This document shows, in pieces, positions 23,433 through 34,700 of a stretch of DNA of 41,306 nucleotides; the first letter of the stretch is position 1; the number at the start of each line of letters is the position of its first letter. This DNA is from Lenisia limosa (lineage: Eukaryota; Protista; Breviatea): positions 1 through 41,306 of the forward strand of contig LPNZ01007846.1 of the NCBI GenBank assembly GCA_001655205.1. The letters run 5' to 3'. The translations under genes and the position numbers were made by a program. The notes beneath the pieces are model-generated. The model had not been told where the DNA came from. It worked only from the letters and a program-made list of their open reading frames with translations, and searched no databases.

Positions 23433-26400
23433 ATGTCCAACAAGAGCATTGTTTGTGACCTCAATAGCCGAACAGAGCAGGTGCTGATATCCATTGTTGC
23501 AGCATCACACAAGGTAAGACAATATTGGCTTTGACCGTCAGGCCTTTGGAGCGACGTCGACAGCGGTGAGCGTTCCCCCCGCCACTAAAGTCTCGCCGGT
23601 CAAACTCAGGAAGTTCTGGGAGAGTCTTAGGTACGGGGACAATTAATGGTAATTTAAAAAGAAGAGTTAATAAATGAAGAAAGCAAGTTGTGTCACATTG
23701 ATTAACGATTTAGCGAGTTTGGATTTAGGGAGTCGGTTATTGAGAAATGCTTTACTGCCCATCCATGTGTGGATCTGAGATTCGCAATATTATGGTAGGC
23801 CTCTTGTCGCTTCAGGAACATTTGATGCTCGGAAGAATTCATCAGAAATTTGGTGAATATCAATATTAGCATTGCCATGGCATAACAGGCTATTCATAGT
23901 TCCCAGGATCCTTCAAAATGAAGCGCCAAGCCGTGTACCGCTTGGCCTGCAGGCAAAGAGAGATGACGACTTGGGCGTGAACCACCCCCGTATTTTGGCC
24001 AAGCTTGTCCCTCATGAGGCTGAATCCTTGTATGTGAAGGAGGTCAAAGAAGCCGAAGAAAACAACAAAAGGAAAGTTGTGACATCCAAGATTAAGAGGA
24101 ATACCCGAAGCTCTAAGCCCAAAGGTTGGTGGGGAACTCCCCCCTGAAAATATTGCTTTTATTATGAACGATATTTCATTTATTCTCAAAGAAAGTGAGA
24201 TTGAATTTTCGAAAGGAGGAGGAAAGAAGTATAGTCAGCCTAAAGAGCCTGAAGTTCAATTCAATTCTGTCCAGCAAAAGTAGGCACACTACTAGTATGT
24301 GGTCCCAAACTCACTTTTAGGCTTATCAACTATGGATTTGGTAAACAAACAGTTTTAGCCCAACCAATTAGCGACACGTATGAAACGCTAAAATTGAGAC
24401 TTTCTGAAGGTGCGGGGGGTTTGCAGTCTTGAAACGCATAATTAAAGGGAAACAAACAAGTCTTATTTTCATTTTAGAAGGTAGTATTTTTGTCGGAAAA
24501 CAGCACCCGCCTGAAGAGTTAGACGACTTGATCCCTGTAGAGGTCGGCAGTTAAATCTGATGACATCTTAGGAAGAGCTAGAGTCCCTTAGAGCCATATA
24601 CGGAGATGATGAAGTGCTCTTTGATTCACCGATAGTGGCATCTGGTATTCAGGCCTGGACTTTGTGGATGCTTCTCGTCAGCTTGTTATTGACACTTCAG
24701 GCGAATTCTGTAGCATCAAAGTCGCAGGCTTGGTTCTACATTTCTCTCACCAAGAGAAAACACCGTATCCCTCCGCTGTAAATGGGTCAAATATGATTCA
24801 TGATATATTGGAGATGTTAGTGATAATGAGAGTATAACCATGTCAAAACTTAACCTTCATCTAGCTCCCAGTTATTACGATTTCCAAAGGTAATCCTTTC
24901 AAACAAGGTGCTGTCGCCCCTTTCAAGGTTTGCTCTTCTCTTGAATAACTATACCATATACGTGTATGATATATTCTTCGAGTCACATTTCACCTCACAC
25001 CAGGCTATTATGAACGCGCTTAGTGATGCTGCACCCAGCCTTGGAATGTCGTGTCTTTTTTCAAGTGGGAAGTGGAATGCCGGACTTGAACTTGTGCTGC
25101 AATGTTTATTGTTCACCAGGATCCCATGAAGACCGCATTTCTTGATAAAATCTTTATCAATAGCGACATTTTAATTTCGGCTGTTTGTGAAAGGAATCCC
25201 TAATTACTACACGTATTGTCCATTTCACCCGTTAGTTGTGGCGTCACTGGAGTCGGAGGCCAACGATAATGGAATAGCTGTCCAAGCTGCCGCACAAATC
25301 AAAGCTACTGAGCCCAAAACCCAAAAGAAGGAGAAGCCCACCGCCACGCCAATTCCTAAAGTTTGTTGACCCATCCTACTCATATCCAAGACCCAAGGCA
25401 AGCCTGCACGAATGCCAGAGGTCAATGGCATCGGCGAGGTGAGGGGCTGAGTGGGGTGTTAGTATCCCATCCATCTCAATCACACACTCACTCTTTGCTG
25501 CATCAGTCATCTTTTTTTGGATAATTTGCTGTAGTTAATGCTGTCAAAAAGGAAGCAGAAGTACCTACCCAAGGTGAGTTCCCTCCAGAGATTTACCTGG
25601 TGTAGGCTGAGAAAGACGTTAACGTGTCTCAATGGAAACAAAAGGCTAAGGCTGCAAAAGAGGAAAAGAAGGCCACCATTGAGGACAAGCCTGACCAGAA
25701 TGAAAGTGACGCGCCTCCCGACCATGTAAGCCACTCCAGTGCCTTAGGCCAATTGACCATTAGCCTCCTGATATGAGAGATTGGCGTGGCCGGACCCCCA
25801 TGGTTCTGGTCCAACAATACACCCAGAAAAGGAAGCTAGGTAAACCCGAGTATTTGAAGGTTTGCAAATCTGTAACCATCTTGATTTTGCAGTCACGTAA
25901 GGGCAAGAATATGTTTGACTTGCGTATTGAAGGTACTATTTACAAAGACCTTTCGGGGAGATCCTCTTATGACGACCCTTTTGCAGGAAAACAAATGGTA
26001 CGTTGTTGGACACCTATCTTCCATTCGTTCCGCTTGATTACGTTCTAGGTTGGGCTTTATGCTCTTCTTGTTCTTCAGGAAGGCTTCAACCTACAATCCA
26101 TGTTCCACCCGTTCTTCAAGTAAGGGGCGCGTTTCATTATTTGTTCTTACTTTCGTTTTTTGCCAAGATTCACCATCAGGGCTTTGTGGGTCAAAGAAGC
26201 AGCAAAGCGAAAAGAAATGAAATCGCAAGTGAGTTCCTTGTTGCATCTCACTTCCACAGGATTCCACCAATATGAAGCAGAGGAGGAAGAACGCTATTAC
26301 AAATTTACTTTCAACTGAGTCACCTAAACCATCACCCCCGCCAGTCAAGCAAACGTCACCAGCCCCTGTCAAGATTGACCCAACGTAAGATAATCGTGAA

Positions 26401-29400
26401 CTTTGAAGCCAACTCAGTACTAAGCATAAATCTCCATGATACAAAGGGTTTACCTTCAGGCCTTCGGTCCAGAAAGTGGATGATTTGGACGATTGGGAGG
26501 CGGCAGCGGACAATTTATTGGGGCCCAAGGTCGACTGTGTTGGAGGGTCTGGACTAACGTTTTCTGTACAACTCGTTATTATTTTATCATCACTTTTGGA
26601 GTTGTTGTCACACTTGTAAACTATATAATTTCCGACGCAGCATAATGTACAGCAGAAAAATCCACTCATGCGATTATTGACCAAAAATCCTCAATGATAC
26701 TTCATCATTTTGACCCGAAAGCCTGTCGAGTGATCACATCACTAATCGATATGGGACAACATCCGGAGGTCCAGTCCTTTGGGGTATCTAAATGACGAAG
26801 TTAGGCTGCTGCCGTGTGGACAACCGACAAAACACCGTCAGAAGAGGATCTCAACCTGAAGTCTGCGCTGGAGGAGCGAAATGAGACCCCAGTCTACGTC
26901 AACAGGCTGCAGTCACGGGAAGTCTTACCGGTTTGTAACAGTGGTTTGGCTGGTGGCTTTGTTCGGTTTACTGTCTAGGTGTACCAATTTGATGCCGAAG
27001 TGATCAGTAGAGTCAACACCCACAATATCAACATTATTCAGGGCCAAACTGGATCCGGCAAAACCACGCAAAGTACGGCGTTTTGCTGACTTCCCTTCTC
27101 ACTCTCCCAGTTCCTCAGCTTCTTTTGGACTATGAAATCATGAGTGGTCGTGGCGCTGCAGCCAAGTTCATTTGCACCCAGCCAAGACGAGTGGGTCCAC
27201 TTGGCAGATCTTATATACCCTGTTTGAGTGTTAATTAATACTTGTAGCTTGCCGCCATTTCAGTAGCGGACCGTGTGGCTTATGAAAGAGGCTATTCAGA
27301 TATCAAGGATAGCGACATTGGATACAGGGTGGGTTTATATCTAAGACGTTGCTTTCTTTGATGTAACTACAAAAAAATTTCTCTCATAGATTCCCAATTC
27401 ACCCTTAAGGTCCGACTTGAAAAGGTCCAGACTGCTTCAACAAAGCTGTCGTTTTTGACTACTGGTATCATTCTTCAACAAATCCTGGTTTGACATTGGG
27501 TGGACACTTGAAATTATGATCTTTGTTTTACGATTGCTTGATAACCCAGTAGAGTGACCCGAACCTCTCTGATGTGACTCATTTAATTATTGATGAAGTG
27601 CATGAGAGAAGGTCAGAAGGGGTCAGAAAGGGCAACTTGCATCATCAGTTTTCAACATTTCTTTGACGATTTAGTGTTGATACAGATCTGTTGCTGACAT
27701 TCCTCAAAACGGTTCTCCTCAAAAAGCGCCCAGTTTGAGGAGGGTACTCCCTGAATGAACCTATGGCCAATAACCACCCAGGATCTAAGAGTTATTCTGA
27801 TGTCGGCCACTGCAGATACCGAGACGCTTTCAGCCTACTTTGACAACGCACCAATCCTCAAAATCCCTGGCAGGTTGGCTGCTCCTTGAGATGGCCTTTC
27901 ATCTTTGATAGGACGTACCCCGTGGAACCCTTCTTTTTGGAAGATATCTTGGAAACTACAGGGTATGCTGATGAGGGCAATTGTGGATTATTTATAATAA
28001 CATCACATTTATCAGGTATGTTGTGGAGCCGGACTCGTATTATTCGATTCGATGGAGTGATGCTTGCCCCCAGGTTGGGCTTGGAGCTTCAGTCCGTCGC
28101 TCACCACACTGTAGGCTACGGTCACCGTCCGAGGTCAGACCCAAAAAGTGGATCTGCGAACATGGGACTCAAATGAAGCGTCTAACGGCATTGTCCTTCC
28201 AAAGCACTTCTCGTAAGTCGGCTTCCCTACGTGACAGTTCTGACACAATAGGGACAAGACGAAGAAGATCATCAACCGGATGAACCTCGATGTCGTCAAC
28301 CCGGAGTTGGTTCTGGCACTTCTCTTTCGAATCATTGACACATCTCCTTCCGACCACTCAATTCTCATCTTCCTTCCTGGTGAGCTCTACGTTGTTCTCA
28401 AGACAAGTTCCAAATTGAGCAGTCTATCTCATTCCCGTTTTATGATGCCTATTAGGAATGGGTGCCATTAAGAGCCTTGAAAGTCTGCTGAACTCTACTC
28501 AACCCTTTTCACATTCCAATTTCCGCATCCACACGCTTCACTCCTCAATCCCGGCATCGGAGCAGAAAGCCATTTTCCCTCCGCCCAAGCCCGGAGTCAG
28601 AAAAGTGAGATACTCAATAGTGGTTTCACCTTTTTAGATTATTCTGTCCACAAACATTGCAGAAACATCTATTACGGTAAGAGAGACGGAGACGATATTT
28701 GTCGAAGTTTATTGGACTTTTATTTTTGGAAACGGAAATAAGCCCAATAATCAAACTACAGGTCAATGACGTCAGCATTGTAATTGACACGTGTCGTGCC
28801 CGTGTGGCACGGTTCTCAACCCAGGCTGGCCTCACAACCCTCAATGATGCCCTCATTTCCAGAGGTTGGATACCCCCACGTATTTAAGAATCTCTCTCGC
28901 CAAACCGAGCTCCCCAACATGTTTCTCAAAAATTGTGATTATGGTACCTGCGAGTCCCTTGACGATTCAGCTGAGGCAATGCAGCGTCGTGGTCGAAGTG
29001 GGCGAACCAGGCCTGGAATCTGCTACCACACTGTGCCTAAGGTCATGTTTGAAGTGAGCATCAATGCACTACCAAGGGGCTAGAAGGGCGACACATCTTT
29101 GTTGTTTTCTATGGAAAAATATATTCGTAGTACTGAAGCCAACTTCCCTGTTGTGCTAAAATGGAACCAGTTGTGTGCAGGAGCTGACACTTACTACAGG
29201 GTATGGTAGATACGCCGCGACCGGAGATGCAAAGAACCGCCTTGGACGATGTCGTGCTTTTGTCACTTATTTATCAGCCAAATGTCCATCCAAGAGAGTT
29301 CCTCCAAATGGTAGGTGAAATTCATGTCGCATGTAGTCACTCCGCAGTGTCTGTCCCCTCCGAACCTCTCAGCCATCAACTCGTCGCTCTCCACTCTCTA

Positions 29401-30967
29401 TGACCTCGGAGCTGTCGACGCCGACAACCAAATCACTCCGCTGGGTTTGTTTTGGATTCTTCTTATGAGCATTTGGAACTCACAAAGCAGGGTGCATTCT
29501 GACGCGGCTCCCGGTGGACGTTCGAAGCGGCAAGGGCCTTGTGTTGGCCTCGTTGTTCGGCTGTTTGGGAGCTACTGCCACAATAGCCGCGGCCTCTGCA
29601 CTCAAGTAATTGGAGTATTACAGGGGATGCTTAAATATGATGCACACAACAGAATAGCGTGCTTTGGATATCCGAGTCAACGTTCCCATTTGAAACCCTG
29701 CGTTAAGCCATTAGGAGGGGGGGTCTTTAAGGTACTGACTGTTGTAGGTCACCCTTGTCCTTCCCCAAAGGCAAACAGGAGGAAGCGGCAGTAGCGCACC
29801 TCAAGTTCCAAGGTTGGCGTTGGTTCGGTCCAAAAAGACTGTATAATATTGAAATTTATCTGACCCCCAGGACACGGCTCAGACTTACTCCGAACCTTGA
29901 AGGTCTTCGAGGCCTGGACGGAAGCTTGTGGTGATGGCTCGGAGTTAAGTGTGAGTCACCCCGACGAACTCGTGTTTTCTGACAGTTCAGTTCTGCCGCC
30001 GCTATTTTGTGTCAATGCAAACAATGCGTCTCATTCGGCAACTCAGAAACCAGCTCGTCAAATCAGCAAGAGACGCCAGAATCTCCTTCCCAGGTATGCT
30101 GCACTATATGGAGCAGATGCAGAGTTCCTTCTTCTTACAACCCAGGGCAAAACGGTTTCTTGGACCCGCAAAGGAACGATCACGATCTTAACCTGGCGCT
30201 TGGTCTCACTGCTGCCTCGTTTTCACCCAATTTTGCACTCTCTCAAAGAACCACGCTCACAGGTGCTTATCAGAGCGAACAAAATACTTGGATTGTTTTC
30301 ATTATTTCTGACCTTTTAGCGCCTCAGCAATTTGTCATCAAAGCAGGTTCATGCTTGCCCGAAAAGAATTCATGTGCATTGACCGGTTTGTGGTTCACTG
30401 CTGTTGTCATATTCCCCTACAACGCAGGAACATATCCTGACCCGCACAGCACGCCCTGCTACCCCTGGGCCGCACCTTTGGGCGTTTTCATCCGCCACGT
30501 CAACTGGTCGGGCCACTTTGTCCAACCTCTGCCCACTGTCCCCTTCTGTTCTGATGCTGTTTTCGGGTCGCGCAGACGCCAACTTTGCGGTTCTTCCCGG
30601 GCAACTTGTGGGCTGACTATGGTCTTATGTTTAGCATCTTGCTGTTTGAATCTGCATTTTGACACTCTAGAGCTCTCGAGGAGTGGTTTCTGAAGTCAAG
30701 ATAGATGGATGGGTTTCTTGTTCACTGGTTTGTGTTTGTCTGATTGTAACGGTTCAGTCTGGGGAGCACGTGGGTTTAGTTCTTGAATCACGAAGAGTGG
30801 TGGTTGCGTTGCTGGAACATCTGCTTCATGGTTTGGGTGAAATGCATCGTTAGGTTCACTATTTAGGCAGTAAAAGTTCGGCCAATCTGACAGCGTCTGT
30901 TCAAGATCTTGGAGGATGGGTGTCAAGAGAAATGCAAACTGCTTTACACACCCCTAAGGGAAGATAG
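23433..30967 (+). CDS. DEAH-box RNA helicase of the DHX29/DHX57 (Ucp12/YLR419W) type, with UBA-like, RWD and dsRBD-like N-terminal modules
   Basis: Motifs: I QGQTGSGKTTQIPQ (~27040), Ia CTQPRRLAAISVA, II IIDEVHER (~27590), III LMSAT, IV ILIFLPG, V STNIAETSIT, VI QRRGRSGR (~28985). HA2: GAVDADNQITPLG..LTRLPVD. OB region: SDLL and IDGW. RWD: EELESLRAIYGDD...TPYPS (~24570-24780). Also VQQKLINYGF (UBA-like) and DWRGRTP (dsRBD-like). Stop 30965-30967. The start at 23433 is inferred from in-frame splicing. Confidence 0.92.
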
Positions 30968-31780
30968 GTATTAGATAAGTGTGGAAGAATGGTTTTATTG
31001 TTTAATGTATCAATGTATAAAAAACAAAAAAAAATGAGACGTCCTTCACCCAAGACCAGCTTAGGACGCGATTAATATTACTATTTCATATTATCATATT
31101 ATAAATGAACCAGATAGGTTCTGGAGGTTACAGAAGAAGGACGAAAGGAGGAATATATGCATTTTTTATTTTATATCTATATCCCTCCTAGCCGTGACCG
31201 TTTCGCCTCTTTTCTGTTCGGTTGTACCATTCCTCCAAGTCCTCGGCCTCGGCTCGACCGCGGTCGGTCCGCCGAACTTGGCTTGTCTAAATATGAGGTG
31301 CACTTGCTTTTGAACGTAGATGGATGACCCTGGAAGACCCCTCTATTTTACAAATAACTTGACGCCTGGGTGGCCCAGGGAACTCTTACCAATTCTCTGT
31401 ACGCCACCTCGCGCAAACTTCACGCCACTTTTTCGGTTAGTTTAGACCAAGAGCTCGGAGGAATACGCCCGTACCGGGGACTAACCAACGTTACAGCACA
31501 GGTTTTTTCCTTTTTTGGTAAGTTAACATCCTCCTCAACCTGAACCTGAAACTGCCCCCTGCCTCCACTGTTTCTTGTGAATATATTATAACAAAATACA
31601 GTTTCATCAAGGGAAAGAACAGCTTCACCCTTTTCACCACCGTTACCTGCCCCCACCTCTCTTGTTCTTGAACCTGAGGGACTGGGGCTCCACCTTGAGG
31701 CTAGTATCTTACTGTCTGGTTTGGAAGTAAATATCCACTATCTCTTGACATTTTTACAACTAACGTAACCATAAAACACC

Positions 31781-34700
31781 ATGGACATTCAGCTCAACTC
31801 ACCATTGGAATCTGAGACGTATTCTCCTCGTAACCTCCCGAAATTGGTATTCGTTTCGTGAACTTCTTTTTTTGACTTGTATTTTCAGGACACTGGACTC
31901 GATGATTACAGCAAACTTGTAAGCGGTGTCTTCTAAAATCCAAACTTATGCAGAGTGCAGAGATGAGAAAATAGTGTGTTCATAAATGTTATTTCATAAA
32001 CACAAACGGTAGTATCACTAAAGAAGTCAAGAATTGTATTTCCACCAGTTACATTTAGGATGAACTAGTAGGCTCCCCAGAAATATCAAGCCCTTCAAAA
32101 ACCAAAGTGGGTACTCTTCAATACGGTTGCGTGGTACACTGTGTTTGATGCCACTGATACGCAACAGAATCTCTCAGCACGCCATCGGACGTTTAATAGT
32201 CCTGGAGGAACTTTGAGGAGGCTCAGCGCCTCCCCTGCAAGATCACTGTTTGTCATATAATCTTTTAACTTTTTAGATTATCCAAATCTTCGCGTACAAC
32301 AAGCCGTAATCCCAGCTGGAAATTAAATACGTTGGTCAGATCTCGATTTACAACCTTAAGCAGCCCCGAATCCAGAGTGTCAGATACCGTCATTAAAGCG
32401 CTTTTGGAAGTTGAGACCAAACACAAGTTTGCCGAGTGGAAAATGAACATCTTTAACTACATAGACTCGAAAAAGCGAGGAACGCTCTGACTTTCAGTTT
32501 TCCAACAATTCTTCTTTTGATTAGTGCTATGTGTAGGAATTCAAACACTGGTTAATGTTCAGGCCTTATTGTTATTGGATTGTTCATCTCACGTTCATCC
32601 AAAATGGCCTCGGTTTGTTGTCAACGCGTTATTACCCTTAAGTTTTCTCCGATCTTCATGCCCCTCATTTTATTCTGTGATGCAATTAGTTTCTCAACTC
32701 TGCTCGCTACCTTTGGTGAGAAAGCCTGTTTTATAACTTGTTAGGAATTGAAGTTATGGAACAGCAAGTATGGGCGGCAAGACATCATCTTTGTATTTCA
32801 ACAATCATTCGCCTTTTCATGAGATGCATTCGAATGTTATATGTCTACAGGTATTGAAAATCCATATTACATTACTCTGTAGCCCATTTATCTTTGGATC
32901 TCAATGGGGACTTGTTCCGTATTTGATACTAGTAAGACACATTCATTTTGCATTATTGTTACATTTCAGGCGCAATGTGGCGTACGTTCGTTTTCATCAA
33001 AAGTTTTGAGTCAACCAGTTGTCAAAAAGAAGGAGGCTGTACCAAGAGGTTTGTGCCAGCATCCAACTGTTGTATCATTTTATTCTCTTTTATAAAACAG
33101 AAATTCCACAAAAGGCAAGTTTCTTTGATAGCCCTCCGGAGAGTTTACCCAGACCTGCTTCCCATTATAGTACGCTTTGCGTCAAGTAGTAACTCAAAAA
33201 TGCCAGAAGTAGTACATGTTCATTTTAGAATTGTCGAAAGTAAACTAATCACATCAGCTTCCACCCTGACTCCTTCCATCACTGAACTTACCAAAGCCAA
33301 GTTGGCAACATTCTTTCAGCAAGTTCCTGCCAAGTATTTGGGCATTCTGCATTATTCACTATTAACATTGCAGTCGGCAGTACCTTATTGCCCTGATTAT
33401 GTTTTTTCTCAATACCACTCTGGTGTGTCCCATCTTTGCATGGTGGAATCCTTCCTGTATGTTTTTAAACGAATTTTATTGTTTAGCAATTGTGCTTCAT
33501 GCACTTCCATTTGTGGGAGTTGCATTATCCATTTATCTACATGTGTTTTCATTTCAATATCGATATAAAAACAACCTATGTCAGAATATGGTGTTTACCA
33601 CAGTTACTCTTGAAGTAAGTCAAACTTTTGACTCCTCATTTTTAGTTCTTTGAATGTCTCGCAGCCCTCTGTCTTCCTACAATAATGCCTTCGTCTACTA
33701 TCGCTGTGGTGGCCTGTGTCAATATGTTGAGGAGTTTTACTATAGCAGTTCCTCATCTTGTCCTGTCATTTAAAAGACAAAGCCGTCTTACTGAGCAGGT
33801 GTGGTAATGACAATATTGAATGCGACTTGCCTTTCAGGGTAATACAATTTAGATTGAAATCCGCTCCCTGGTCACGCAGCAGCAGTTCAAGGACTTGAAT
33901 AAGACCAAAATTGCTGCCTCTGAGACACTTAAAGAATCCAAAACTAATACATCGCTTTTGGAAAAGAGGTCAAGTCTTTTGGTATGTTCGGAAAGTGGTG
34001 TGTAAATTTGAGTAAATTACCATAACTATAAAGGTCCATATGGGAGAGGAAGTCCGAAGTACCCTTGAACAAGGTTAGTTGTGTTGTCATCTGCATTTTA
34101 CCTATCTATAATATATGACAGGAATACCAAAAGAGCAATTTACTTTTCAGTTTTGAACATCATAAGCTTTCTTCATGATACGCCTCTCCTTGCTGAACAG
34201 CACAATTACCTTCAAGGGGTTGAAGCATGCTCTGGTCAGTCTTTGGTTGACATCGCAACTGCACTTTACTAACCATTTCAGAGCGTATTTTGAGTCTCAT
34301 AGACGATGTGATTGTGTTTCATTCAGCTGATGTCGGAGATGTGAGGCAGAACGCTCTTATTATTGACTATTTAGCTAACATCAGAAAACGTGATGTTTAA
34401 CACTACCGGTCTTATTGAAGAGGCTGTTTCCTTGATAGCACCTTTGTCCAGTGTTTGTCAATTGTCTACAATGCATGTCACTTGTGTATTATTTATCACA
34501 CCATAACACTCACGCTCCAGCAAAAACTTGTTGACATAGGCTGGCTTGTTGATTCTAATGTACCGCCAGCTATGATCGGCGATGCTGCAAAGGTAATTGT
34601 CATTTTTTCACTTCTAAAAATACCAAAGCCGTTACCCTCTTAGCTTCGAGCGTGTTTGGAAGCCCTAATCAATAACGCTGTGCAATTCAGTCCAGAAGGG

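Noticed and set aside
23872-24147. ORF ending GWWGTPP* as a separate gene, with a new ATG at 24164
   Set aside because: A GT-AG intron from ~24124 to ~24190 joins it in frame to the helicase. A 16-nt gap between two same-strand genes is implausible.
30007-30693. 228-aa ORF, and similarly 32948-33568, 26091-26684 and 4140-4844
   Set aside because: These are read-through of exons plus introns, antisense frames of spliced genes, or ORFs inflated by N runs.
31255-31266. Perfect 12-bp palindrome cgaccgcggtcg
   Set aside because: About ten 12-bp palindromes are expected by chance in 41 kb (41306/4^6).
32265-32450. Minus-strand ORF (and a neighbouring frame at 32040-32250) as a gene
   Set aside because: The plus strand splices cleanly in frame into the HK N-terminus over the same bases, so these are antisense shadows.
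33380-33798. Last TM of the HK (TIAVVACVNMLRSFTIAVPHLV) resembles ethylene-receptor helix 3 (recalled [21 protein letters not shown]), and the His-less H-box recalls ETR2-type receptors
   Set aside because: The copper-binding C-G-A-T-H motif and the helix-1 D..IA.AY.SIP motif are absent, no GAF domain follows, and there are more than three TMs. The similarity is too thin to call an ethylene-binding domain. HHpred could revisit it.
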